A stretch of DNA of 47,081 nt, counting the filler, from Streblomastix strix (taxonomy: Eukaryota), in assembly GCA_008636045.1 (NCBI GenBank). It is 2 parts of 2 records of this genome, joined end to end, with 100 filler letters (N's around TTAATTAATTAA, not from the genome) between each part and the next. Parts side by side here need not be neighbours in the genome. Positions count along the whole stretch, not along the records: positions 1 to 23,498 come from SNRW01000279.1; positions 23,599 to 47,081 come from SNRW01000280.1. One strand, written 5' to 3'. Positions 13,124 through 24,398 of this stretch are shown here, one piece after another. A program made the translations under genes and the position numbers. Position 1 is the stretch's first letter, and the number at the start of each line of letters is the position of its first letter. The notes under the pieces were generated by a model that was not told the DNA's origin, ran no database searches, and saw only the letters and a list, made by a program, of their open reading frames with translations.

Positions 13124-13282
13124 TGATATAATCCAGCCTCAAGGCGGAGTTTTATGACATAAATGAGAACATTTTTTATTTTTTTATTTATATATATAAC
13201 TAACACCTAAACATTAATTCAATTAATTGAATAGGTCATTAGTTATATGCGCATTAATTATTTTTTATTTATTTTATAATAA

Positions 13283-13678
13283 ATGGCTTCAAATATAACT
13301 TCAGTATAAAACTTAAAATATTACATTTTAACATAAGATGATAGGGTTGTTATCGCATAAAACGATTAGAATGGACTTGGATTTGCATTACCATACGCAT
13401 TTGTAAATACAGATAATTAAAGAAAAATAACATTCTGCTTATGTCAGCGTTCATACTAAGGCTCTGATGCATGCATTAACGTTCATAGTTCAATGGTTCA
13501 AGAAGAATAATATTTCGATTAATTTGTTGGCTATTGTAATGAATAACATGTTTATAAGCTTTTCATCCAATATTCGAACAACAGATATTTATATATATGG
13601 TTCCGTTAAAACTAAGAATTATTAGATATAAATTAAAATTAATTAAAATTTGTTCTTGAGTTGATGCTTGAATATTGA
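13283..13678 (+). CDS. putative minor capsid/penton (single jelly-roll-like), 131 aa
   Basis: Intact ORF MASNITSVQNLKYY...INVHSSMV...YLYIWFRQNQELLDINQNQLKFVLELMLEY*. The C-terminal pattern resembles Polinton pentons. Homolog at 26949-27341 (-). Confidence 0.6.
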
Positions 13679-13888
13679 TGTGAAAAAGTTGCTGGTTCAA
13701 AAATGAGCTAGCCCATCGATGTGCATATTTTTGTTCAAATCATTGGGCCACGCTACCTCCAGAAAAATGGAGATAAATTATTTTGAGTCTGGCTGATATC
13801 CGCCGTACCATTTAATGTTCAAACATATAAGACTTCCAAAATTAATCGTTTTATTTTTATTTAAATCTAACTTTTTATCTGCTATAAA

Positions 13889-14757
13889 ATGGAAGCAGAA
13901 ACTACAGTCATATAATAAATTATTTCAAATCATGAAACTTTCACTATTGGCTCTAATATGATGTTCGATATAATGACAAGAGATAAATATGAATATGTTA
14001 ATGCAACAAAATTAGTTGCTTTAATTAATAAACGCGAACATACAAATAAATTATTGAAAAAATAATCATTTCTCCAATGTATAGAGATTATAAAGAATTT
14101 TTATGCTCTTAAGGTTATGGACCAAAAAGTGCTACACCCTTTGAATATGCACTACCGTCAATATTTTAAAATAACGTAAGAGGAACATATATTTATAAAG
14201 ATTTAATAAACATAATATGTATGAAAACATCGATAAAATATCTACGTTATATAAATAAAACTTAGGATCTACTTGATGAATGAATTCATTTGGAATATTA
14301 GCTAGATGATTCGAATAGAATGGCCGAATAAGCTTCTATTATATTTGATAGAGATATGAAAGAACGATAAGCAAAAATAAATTAAATATAGGAATAAATT
14401 TAATAGAAAGATAATGAAAATAAATAATTGGAAACGCGTGCTGTTCCAGATGGATATTAAATAGATTATATATTCACTGTTTAGGTAGAAGACGATAATG
14501 AGAACGACAACTCTGTCCTTAATATTAGACGTAGAAATAAATATTATACCAGTAAAAAGCTAAAGAAAGAGTTGAAGGATAGTTTATTAATCTATGAAAA
14601 AATACCTATAAGTAAGTCAAAAAATTATGAAATTAAGGGTTAATTATCGGAAATGTTTGGAGATTAAATACACTTTCATAAGTGCAGATACATCTTTAAA
14701 CCTGAACTAATGGATGAGGTCATAAACTTTATAAAACTAAAGATGTAAGAAAAATGA
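13889..14757 (+). pseudogene. KilA-N domain protein with coiled-coil and C-terminal domain
   Basis: RDKYEYVNATKLV and VRGTYIYKDL are KilA-N motifs. Frameshift near 14060 and an internal TGA. Confidence 0.85.
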
Positions 14758-14791
14758 AAGATATTATTTAATTTATTTTTGCAGAAATAAA

Positions 14792-15152
14792 ATGAAAAGA
14801 ATCTTGTTCGATAACAGAAAAAACAATTTATTTACTTAGAAATTATAATTAGAAAAAGATGAATAGGAAGAAATACCATTCGAGGAGGGGATCGAAGGTT
14901 AGACTAACGGACATAAATATTTTGAGACCTTAAATGATTTCAAATAATTTATTTCAAAAATTTAATAATAATTATCTAAACTAACAACGTAAAAACTAAA
15001 TAAATTATATATAAATTGGACGGTTATAAGTTATCAAAAATAGAAGGTCAATTATGTATAAGAACTTGAGTCAAAGACTAATTGAATAGGATTGAGTATA
15101 AATTAGATTAGTTTTTGGATGTTCTAAACCATTAGGTTTAAATGCTGAAATG
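14792..15152 (+). pseudogene. small conserved hypothetical protein
   Basis: MKRILFDN...TTQKLNKLY.KLDGYKLSKIEGQLCIR. Homolog at 24951-25355 (-). Confidence 0.6.
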
Positions 15153-15230
15153 AATGACTTTAAAGTGTCCCGAGTGTCCCCACCCTGAGGACATTTTAAC
15201 TTATTATAGAAATTAGCTGTCAATATGCCT
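15148..15230 (-). repeat. element-A dispersed intergenic motif, copy 3 (inverted)
   Basis: Reverse complement GGCATATTGACAGCTAATTTCTATAATAAGTTAAAATGTCCTCAGGGTGGGGACACTCGGGACACTTTAAAGTCATTC. Confidence 0.85.
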
Positions 15231-15263
15231 CTGTGCCAAACGTTGTTGAAAAGCATTAATGTC

Positions 15264-16051
15264 TCAGATTATTTTTACAACTGTCCCACCCATTTCGTAT
15301 TATACCGCTAATGCTTATTATTTAGTTAGTCGTACATACTCATACTATATTGTTTCTTTATATGATGGTATAGAAGATTAATAGAAAAATCAATTAAATT
15401 TTAATCTGTTAAATGAACCGAAGAACCACAATGATTCAAGATTTGATTTAATTGCAGAATTTAAACCACAAACGTTCTATAAACAAAGGAAGTATGTTAT
15501 TCTGTGCTATCTGTTCTTAAATAACTTTTTAAACAGTGGATTATTTTTATTTATAAATATACTCATTGCATCGTCAAATAAAACAATTGTATGTGGAAAT
15601 TTTACGTTAAAATTACCTTCTCCACTAGCTCCAAATACATTAATTAATATATCATCTTTTGATTCTTCAATTAGCATTTTTATAATTATTTTTCTTAAGT
15701 TTCATCGTACGCTTATTTGCATTCTATTAAATCTTTCAACTCTTGATCCGCTTCGGCATCCGGAATAATTTTAGTCGGAATTTTAATCAAATATTTCATT
15801 TTTTCATAAGTGATGTCATTATTTGAGTCGCTGACGTATATGAATAGTGTATAGCAATGTTTTTTTAATTACATTTATTTTATTAATTCTTTGAAGACAT
15901 TATACGTCTTGCCACTGCCACGCTAACCTATCAATAAATTTACAGAGTTATATGTAAAATTTAATTTTTTATGAATAATTATTTAAATTATATTCTTATC
16001 CACTTTTATTTTTTTTAACATATTATCAACTTTTTATGTTAAACTCGCCAT
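15264..16051 (-). pseudogene. A32-like (FtsK/HerA) genome-packaging ATPase
   Basis: Walker A NLLIGQRGSGKTY (~15901-15940), Walker B FPHTIVLFDDAMS and the KNRQ arginine-finger region; frameshifts present. Confidence 0.9.
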
Positions 16052-16092
16052 TTTTATATAATAAAACATATTTTTTATCGGTTAAAAAAAGA

Positions 16093-17184
16093 ATGTCAGA
16101 AATAGATTAAAATGCACTTGAAAAAGTAGCAATATTAGAATTTGAGGCGGAATAAAGATAATAAGATGCAGGTGGTGCAGATGGGATGATGGAAATTATT
16201 GGAATGGAAGCAGATTATGATTAATATGAATCGCAAGCTACAAGATAAGACAGAATGAAATCACAAGCAAAATCGTTTGATAGGCTGCCGTTCCATCCCA
16301 GTACGATTCAAAGAACAAAAAAGCTTGCAGGCCCATAATTTAGAGAAGAGGCAAGCGATGTCCTTGCTACACTCGTTGGTTATTTGAATAGATACATTAA
16401 GAAAATTAATAGGTTATCGTCTGCCGTAAGTGCCCAAAAATATATAAATGATAAACATTTATGCAAACTATTCAGTGTAAAAGAATAAGACTTAGATGAT
16501 AATGGAGCCACTCCTGATAATGTGATAGTTTTTGATAAGAAAAAGAATGCAATTTATTCAATCGATGGTTATACAACAGCTGTTGAATTTGGAGACCCAG
16601 ATCATTAACATAAAAGAAATTGGAAGAAAAAATATTATTCAGATGTTAATGATTTAGAACGAGCTGCATTGGCTGCAAAATTAAAACAATAAGGAATAAA
16701 AGGCGGCCCTTATATGAAATGTCTATCAACGACTAAGCCGCATAAAGAGAGAGCGATAAAGCTACATAGTTTCAGAACATTCATCGTTGATGCCAAAAAA
16801 TTCATAAACTCAAATTGAGGCGTATAATTTCCAATGGCAACCAAACAACAGATAATGGAATCTACTTGGAATTTTTTATTTATTACTCCTGCTATAGAAA
16901 TATTAGAAAGATAAGATGGAAAAATAGATATATATAACAGAAGCAATAAAACTAAAATATTATAAGGAGATTACGAATATTTGCCACTTGCTAAAAGATT
17001 GTATAAGAAAGAATTGCCTACCGTTATTGCTCAACTATATACTACTGGTGAACAAATTAATAATAAGATTGGATAAGCTCTTACACAAGCAATTCAATAT
17101 TATGATGAAATTCTAACATAGAGATAATAATAAATAGGTGGTTATGACTTAGCCAAATACAAGTTCACTTAAAATATTCAATGA
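16093..17184 (+). pseudogene. hypothetical protein, 363 aa (possible core protein)
   Basis: Open in code 6 except for one TGA (~16816). Acidic N-terminus and a QDLDDNGATPDNVIVFD motif. Confidence 0.7.
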
Positions 17185-17356
17185 TATCAACAATCGATTT
17201 ATTTTTATTTATTTTTCTTACTTCTGGCAGAATGGCAGGCTGGCAGCAGTTTTTGATAGAAATTTCTGAATCAAAACACTTGGAATATTCAAACAATCGA
17301 ATATCATTCATTACTTATTCAATTTACAAGAGCCAATTTCACAAAACGTATCGATG

Positions 17357-17440
17357 TTTTGGCTTATTGGCAGCTAATTTCTTAAATGAGTTAAAAATAC
17401 ACTCAGGGTATGGGCACCCTGACCACTTTAAAGTCATTCC
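17357..17440 (+). repeat. element-A dispersed intergenic motif, copy 4 (upstream of PolB)
   Basis: GGCTTATTGGCAGCTAATTTCTTAAATGAGTTAAAAATACACTCAGGGTATGGGCACCCTGACCACTTTAAAGTCATTC. Confidence 0.85.
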
Positions 17441-17592
17441 TATATAATCCATTTTCATGTGTCAATAATAATGATTTCGTTGATGTTCCTGACGTTGTTT
17501 TATGACTGAATTCACCAAACAATCCAATATATTTATATAATTATTATTTATTTTTATTTTAAATAAGTGACAAATAAATAGGTGTATGATTC

Positions 17593-20500
17593 ATGAAGAC
17601 GACGCACGCCTCCGATTTAGCCTCCGATTACACTACAAATTCAAGCTCTACCAGAGCTATAATCACTTAATTAATCGCTTAGATAAACGGAGTCATAATT
17701 GGCATAAATGTAGGACTACATTTCATAAATGCAAATAAGCAGCTACCAGCCATCGCCAGATTTATAAATGGAAATCAACAATAATAACTGATCCAAATGT
17801 AGAATTATATTATGTAAATGCAAGCGCATAATTATCAGCAATCATCTGAATTATCTCCTGAATTATCACCTAAACAGCAACCCAAACAAGGCGAAGCTCA
17901 CGATGTGCGGGCAGATTATCAAGTGAATTTAAGACATTAAAAACTAACACCAGAAATAATAAGAGAATTAATGACTTTATATTACTATGAAATTTAATAG
18001 AAAATAAATATTAATGAATTATGGTCATAATTTTCATTAATTTTAGATAAAATTCATTTAGAAAAGGGTAGAAACAATAGGAATATAGTTTTAAATGCCA
18101 TGTTATAATCAAGACCATTTGTTTAACGAATCAGGTAAGATACTTAAATAGGCCTTCAAAATGAAGAAATAATAGCTAAAGTTTATGCTAAATAATTTAT
18201 GCAAGAAAAAGATAATACGTAGAATATAAGCACTTAAGATGAATAGAGCAAACAACGCAATTAATAATGGGAGAAAGTGATGGAAGATTAACGAGTCAGA
18301 TATGCAAATCTATTAAAAGAGATTAATGATTAAAAGGTAAACCTTAAATAAAAATTAAATGCAGATGTGTTCAAAAATGTTAATGATGAAACATAAGAAT
18401 TTAATGATATATAATGATAAGAATTATAGGCCAATTAACGCCCTGCAGAATACGATTATGTTATGCGCTTCATAACTTGAGGAAGATTATGAAAGAAGAA
18501 TTAGTCATGAGTGAATATATATATATATATATATAATTAGCATGTCAAATATGACCCACTCCATGTTCATACAATTAGCTCTACAAAAGAATATTACAAA
18601 AACGATTTGAAAGCGATTGAAGAAGTTGATGCTTATTTAGATGAAATATATTAGCAAGAATATAAATTTGCATTTAAAATTGCATTTGATTTTGGAATGA
18701 TTATTGAGCGTGTTGATGGATAAGAAAATGAATAACAAATAATTCATAAAATCAATCATCCACTTGAAGCTAAAGCAGAGATGAGAGCACCAACAACCAT
18801 ATTCACGCAATTAGATTTGGAGGGTTATAAAAGATTCATTAGAAATCACATAATTTAAATGCAAGAGTGAACCATTATGGATACAAAAGAGAAAATAAAA
18901 GGCATATTTTCGATAATGATTCAGGTATTTAGGCTTCTACATGCTGGCGCTGGCGGTTGAACAACAACCACGTTAAAGAAGAATATTATGAGGCGAGAGA
19001 TTCGATATATTGACCCTGAGAAAAATAATTAAAATTTATGTTTCTTTCTAGCATATTCATTTGTTACGATGCCAGACATTATGGCAGAGGGTTCAGTGGC
19101 GGCCAAGCGCTATAAGGAGCATTCACGTATTGCAGAAGCTAAACGATTATTTTAAAGAATCTATGGAAAAAATTGATGATAATTATTAAGGATTTAATTT
19201 TTCTACAGATGCAGATTAGTTTTTTTAGAATGAAAATTTAAATATAAATGTATTCGCTTATGAAGAAACAAAGGCAACCTCATCGGAAACTAATTAAGGC
19301 AGTTATTATCTATGGAAATAATATAGAACAAATGAATAGAACGAATAAACAAAAGAATTTAATGTTCTTTTAATAACAGACACAATCAACGAACAACCTA
19401 CAGCTCACATTTTTTATATAAATGATGTTGAGACACTAACTGGTTTAAAATATTGTTTTATTTGTGGTGTGCAAGCATATATGACCAGAGATTCAAATTT
19501 ATAATCCAAACTAAAAAAGGCACATATAAAAATGTTAAAAAAATGAAGGAAAGATAGTAAAAAAAGTTTATTTAGAAAGATTTCCAAGGTTATATGTTCC
19601 TCATATATTGAATAATGTTAATTATAAATATCTTCCAGCACATGATCGAGAGGATAAATTTAAACTTACTAAATAATTTATAACATATGGTATTGAAACC
19701 GTTGAAAGAATCGTAAATGAAAAATTCGGTGATAATTCAAAATATATTTCAATATTTGAACTCCATTCGATTGCAAGTACAATAAAAATAATAAAGAAAG
19801 TCGTTAATGGTTCAAATAACGGTTCCGTTGATTAAGTTTATTCTATTTATTTTGACATTCAAACCCCTAATTTCATTAATATATGGATTAAATAGTTTTT
19901 TAAGAAAGCCAGAAAAGTTATTGATTCGAACAAGTTTGAAGATGAAACGATATCATAGCATTACGAGGTACCAGTTTTTGGCTTCAATTCTTCAAAGTTT
20001 GATGTTGCACCGATTCTTGAAAATTTATAAAGCGATGAATGGTAAATATTTAAATATCTTGATAGTGGTTCAAATGCTAAATAAATCATCGTTAAACATA
20101 AAATAACAGGAATCAAATTGTGGTTCATTGATGCGATGATTTATTGTACAAAAATGAAATTGAAATAATTCATAAAAGATTTCACGTCAACAGCAATGAA
20201 AACAGCATTAACCAAATTAAAATTTCCATATGAATTCATCAATTATGATAATTATGTCTAAGAACTCGATAAATCAGAACCATTTCCGATTGAAGCGTTT
20301 AATAACACTATTAAAAAAATATAAGTCAAGAAAAATATTAATTTTATTAATCTATTGCTTAATAATTTTCGAACAGATGGGACTACCTTCGAAACGACAA
20401 CCTTGAACATTCTCGCTTAATTTTTCAGCCGTTGGATTACCTAATTGATACGTTCTTAAATTATAAAATTGATACGCTGTAGTTTATGTCGATGTGAGCC

Positions 20501-22480
20501 TTCACTAATGCTATCAAACATGCTCTTGCTTATAGCGACTTCAAATTGGATTTAAATTACACGACAAAAGACGATTATACATCATTCGTACTTGCATAAA
20601 ATTATTGGAACATTAAAGTTAAAATTATCTGGAATAAGATAAAAAAAGAAATAGAGACGCAAGCAACAACATCATGGAATCAGATTGTGCGTTCTATAAA
20701 AAATTAATTTTATCAACAGGATGCCATATTTGTAAAGCACGATTCACAAGCAAAATTCCACCAATATTAGATAGAATCAACAATGACAGGGGCCATTCTG
20801 CAGATAACGTCAAACCATGCTGTTTATTCTGTAATAAATTTATGTCAAATAAAGAAGAAAATTTAACAAAATTAATAATCAAATTAAAGAATTTTTGTTT
20901 GTTGAAGTCGCTACCAATGACAATTACCGATGAGGAAATTTATTAAATTTTACATTCTGGTATAACTGGTGGATTATCGTAAATAATGCATAGATATAAT
21001 GTTGCAGGTGAAACTAAAATAAATTAATTAAAATATATTAATGGAATGGTCATCAGCTAAGACAAAGACTACATAATGACCCATCTTTTAACACTAGATT
21101 TCCATTGTTAATATCCCAGCGTTATGAGCTCAGAGCCGCATAAGTTCATTAAAAATATAGGAAATAAATTATACATGGTGGGATAAATATTGGAAAAAAT
21201 TACAGATAAATAAACAGCGAGAAATTTAATTTATAACCCCCAACGATTTATTAACGTTGATAGAATGCCGTTGTTTATCGCTGTAGTTAAAGGACACATC
21301 GACGAATAACATATAAATGATTTCAATAATTTTCTTCCAACATTAAGAAACATTGACATAATGACTGATGAAAAAACATTACATTCATATGTGCATAATT
21401 TACTATTGATAAATAAAATATTGTACAAAATAATTCAAAAAATATTAACAAATTTATCATCGACACATGGACAGTTCATGTTATTCAATAATTATTATTT
21501 GTTGCTTCTCATTGATGATTTTCATTTCATTATTGACGATATTTAATGTATTATAACATTCTCGAAATATTACAGATTCAATCCATCCGATAAGGAATTT
21601 ATGAGTCAAAGATTATAGGCAATAAATGAAAAAAAAAATGAAAAATAATAATTCTATAAATTAGCTATGAACTCAAGCTATCAAAGTGATGAGATGAATT
21701 AAGAAAAATATTCACAAACGAAATTGTTGAGCTCTGATAGGATGTGGCTGTCTTATCTCTAAGGCTCATTCGTTAATGATTAATAAATAATAGACAATTT
21801 ATTTGCTGTGTAATTTAATGCTGAAAGTTACAACTGCAACACCTACCTCCATTCAGCATATTTCATATTAGATAATAGCAAATACTGGTAGATAAATTTT
21901 ATCTATAATTTAATGACTAAAGCTTTCGATATGAACAGGATGCGCTATATTTGTGGTAATATTGATTCGATGACATGGATCATCAGCGGCAGCCCTGATG
22001 CAGAAGAAGGATACAGACAGAAATTTAAATATGTAATCAAGAACTAAAAATTTTTCGATGAAAATTATCCTCTTTTTTTCAGCAAATATAAACAACTATT
22101 GAGAGTCAGTTATGAGGCAGAAGGAACGTCATGTATTGCTTTAGCTTCAAAAATACATTACATTTATAATCCACTACCTAATGAGAATGAATAGGATTAC
22201 AATTATTGTTTGAAAGGTATAATATAAAAATAAAATATTCATTTAAACGATGAGGCACTTCAAATAATCATTAATTGGAGAATAAATAAATGTTCAAAAT
22301 ATTATCCTTGGTTAAAGAAATATATAAAAGTCAAAAATATAAATTAATAAAGTTGGTTTATCATCAATTCATAATAAAATGGTTGTAATTGAAAATTAGT
22401 ATTGAGCTCCATTTCTTTACATTAACGGATAGCGATTAAGTTCAGATAATTATATAATTATTTATGATTAATTCTAATGA
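17593..22480 (+). pseudogene. protein-primed family B DNA polymerase (Polinton-type pPolB) with long N-terminal region and HNH/EndoVII-like insert
   Basis: FKIAFDFGMIIE, NLCFFLAY, ExoI FITYGIET (D>G), ExoII VFGFNSSKFD, KFPYEF, insert CHIC...LDRINNDRGHSADNVKPCCLFCN, GITGGLS, motif A LDFHCQYPS (21094-21120), motif B KLAMNSSY (~21658) and motif C YICGNIDS (~21946). Many stops and frameshifts. Confidence 0.9.
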
Positions 22481-22542
22481 CAAACACTAACAATAAGCAA
22501 TGAATAGGAGCGATAAATTGATGTGGATAGTGAATGACTTTT

Positions 22543-22582
22543 GAGTGTTCCGAGTGTTCCGAGTGCTCCGAGTGTTTCGAGT
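22543..22582 (-). repeat. 9-bp tandem iterons (GAGTGTTCC)x4, related to the element-A motif
   Basis: TGAATGACTTTT-GAGTGTTCC-GAGTGTTCC-GAGTGCTCC-GAGTGTTTC-GAGT; its reverse complement matches the GACACTC...AAAGTCATTCA core. Confidence 0.8.
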
Positions 22583-22779
22583 CAAATGGGTTCTATAAAA
22601 AAAGCCATTAGATCCGCCGAATAGTCGAAACTTTAATTGATTTTATCGGTGAATTGAACATAAATTGTTTTATTTTTGCAAGAAATTAATGTAAAACGAA
22701 AATAGTTTGTATGAGGGTATCCCACGGACTTTTGCTTGTGAATAATATCAAAGAGAAGAATAGGAATTTGAAGTGCAAT

Positions 22780-22991
22780 AAGATATCATTGACTTTTGAA
22801 ACAGATTTTGTTTAATTTTATTTATATCATATTCTTGCATTTTTTCGTTGCTCTCTCGCTGCAATCATTGCCTATTCTTTATCTGTACATTTCTTTGGAC
22901 GTTCTTATTTTGCTGAATTAAATGGTTAAGTATAGGTTGTTTCATTGATTGCCTCCTTGATTGTCTCGCTTATTGTCTCAATAGCTGTCAT
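22780..22991 (-). pseudogene. small basic protein with degenerate AT-hook-like motif
   Basis: MTAIETISETIKE...KQERPKKCTDKEQAMIAAREQRKNARI*; the end is uncertain. Confidence 0.35.
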
Positions 22992-23041
22992 TTATTATAC
23001 GATAAAAAATTAAAAAATATATAAATAAATTTTTTTTTATT

Positions 23042-23394
23042 TCACCTAAATAAAAACTCTGTTGCATAATATTCTGGTATAGATTCTTTATTTTAAAAAC
23101 ATATTTATATTAATATGAAGATATTTTTATTATATTTATTTTATAAGAATGATTCAATAATCTGCATAAAACATTACCATTCACATATCGAATAAACTTA
23201 GCTAACTAATTAAAATTTTTCCTTTATTTCATAAATTTTTATTATGTTTTTTAGAAATCAAGATGTATTAATATTATATTTCCAGCCTTAAATGACAATA
23301 TGCCCTCTTATCGCTATCTTGCTAGTTATCGCTCTAATTTCTTCATTTATGAACGAATATATTATCCTTCTAAATCTCTTGATAATTGAACTTA
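23042..23394 (-). pseudogene. possible C-terminal fragment of a Polinton rve-type integrase
   Basis: LSRDLEGQYIR...EGILSFKAGNIILIHLDF..KFMKQRKNFNQLAKFIRYVNGNV...IPEYY resembles the FxxGDxV SH3-like C-terminus of Polinton integrases. No catalytic DDE core is visible because the sequence is cut at the contig edge. Confidence 0.4.
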
Positions 23395-23498
23395 ATATGT
23401 GCATAATTTACTATTGATAAATAAAATATTGTACAAAATAATTCAAAAAATATTAACAAATTTATCATCGACACATGGACAGTTCATGTTATTCAATA

Positions 23499-23598
23499 NN
23501 NNNNNNNNNNNNNNNNNNNNNNNNNNNNNNNNNNNNNNNNNNTTAATTAATTAANNNNNNNNNNNNNNNNNNNNNNNNNNNNNNNNNNNNNNNNNNNN
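23499..23598. other. assembly gap with TTAATTAATTAA linker
   Basis: N runs flank an all-frame stop linker. Confidence 0.95.
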
Positions 23599-23864
23599 TG
23601 ATTTCTGGGCATTTGGTGATCTGAAGAATAAAATGAAAGGAGTTACATTTCACGATAGAGCAGAGATTGAGCGGTTCGTTGAAGAGTGGTGCGGTCAACA
23701 AACACCTGCGAAGCTTTAAAAAGTCACACGAAATTGGTAAGAACGTTGTGATATCGTTATAGCATAAGGAGGCGAATATATAAAATGTTAATAAAATAAT
23801 AAAATTAAATAATGTTCTGGAACTTTTTCTTTTTATTATCGAAGGACTTTTCGAGGCCCCTGTA
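23599..23864 (+). mobile_element. mariner/Tc1 transposon 3' end (transposase C-terminus, TIR, TA target)
   Basis: DFWAFGDLKNKMKGVTF...NWQERCDIVIAQGGEY is a mariner-like C-terminus. The terminus ...CGAAGGACTTTTCGAGGCCCCTG|TA reads TA-CAGGGG on the reverse strand. Confidence 0.85.
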
Positions 23865-24364
23865 CCTACAAAGATAGTTCCATATGCAGAAGCGAATGAA
23901 GCATTAGATGAACTGATCGAATGTAAGAAAGCATATGATGAAGTAAATGAATATAAGTTAGAGAAATAAGTGAAAGAAGAATCGAAGAAAGATATATTAT
24001 CTCATATTGGAGCAAAGCATTTTTCTATCAAATTTCCATATACAATAGTGCTGTTCGATGATGCTATTAGTATATTTAAAAAAATTATCCATGATATAAG
24101 AAAATATTCAAAAATAGATAGCCAAGAATCATTTATTTCCTATGCTTGTAAGACATAATTGGTTTAGATGCTAGCATTAAATCTAATGTTGATGCAATAT
24201 ACTTTTTCGGTGGATTCAAAATATAAAAATTCAATTTATTCTTCTATTAATCATCGTTGCCAATTGAAAAAGAAAAATTATGAAATGAATAAGTGTAGTT
24301 AGGCAAACGAGAAGCATTATTGGAATAATATAGTAAAGATGGAACAATTTTGAGAATAATCTGA
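23863..24364 (+). pseudogene. packaging ATPase, C-terminal half (disrupted by mariner)
   Basis: PTKIVPYAEANEALDELIECKKAY...FPYTIVLFDDAIS (Walker B)...KSNVDAIYFFGGF, homologous to 15264-16051. Confidence 0.85.
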
Positions 24365-24398
24365 TAGAGAAATTTCATTCACAATTAATTTTATTTTT

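Larger units (their letters stand above)
1650..23394. mobile_element. Endogenous Polinton/Maverick-like dsDNA virus, element A (boundaries approximate)
   Basis: Cluster of pPolB, A32-type packaging ATPase, primase-helicase, KilA-N and capsid-like genes, syntenic with element B. TIRs not identified. Confidence 0.85.

Noticed and set aside
15071..15256. ORF-track peptides from 15071..15256, 17181..17447 and 5117..5344 sharing similar text (LAANF.N.LK, MAGWQQ)
   Set aside because: They are translations of the non-coding intergenic motifs, and indels between copies do not preserve frame.
18515..18534. (TA)n microsatellite as a possible element terminus
   Set aside because: The reading frame is the same on both sides within the pPolB N-terminal region; probably a slippage expansion.
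23395..23498. Exact ~104-bp copy of 21387-21490 (inside pPolB) at the contig end
   Set aside because: It is identical, abuts the gap and interrupts another ORF, so it is most likely an assembly or amplification chimera rather than a TIR or biological repeat.
23543..23554. TTAATTAATTAA palindrome between N runs
   Set aside because: Artificial scaffolding linker. It also means the adjacency of A and B is unproven.
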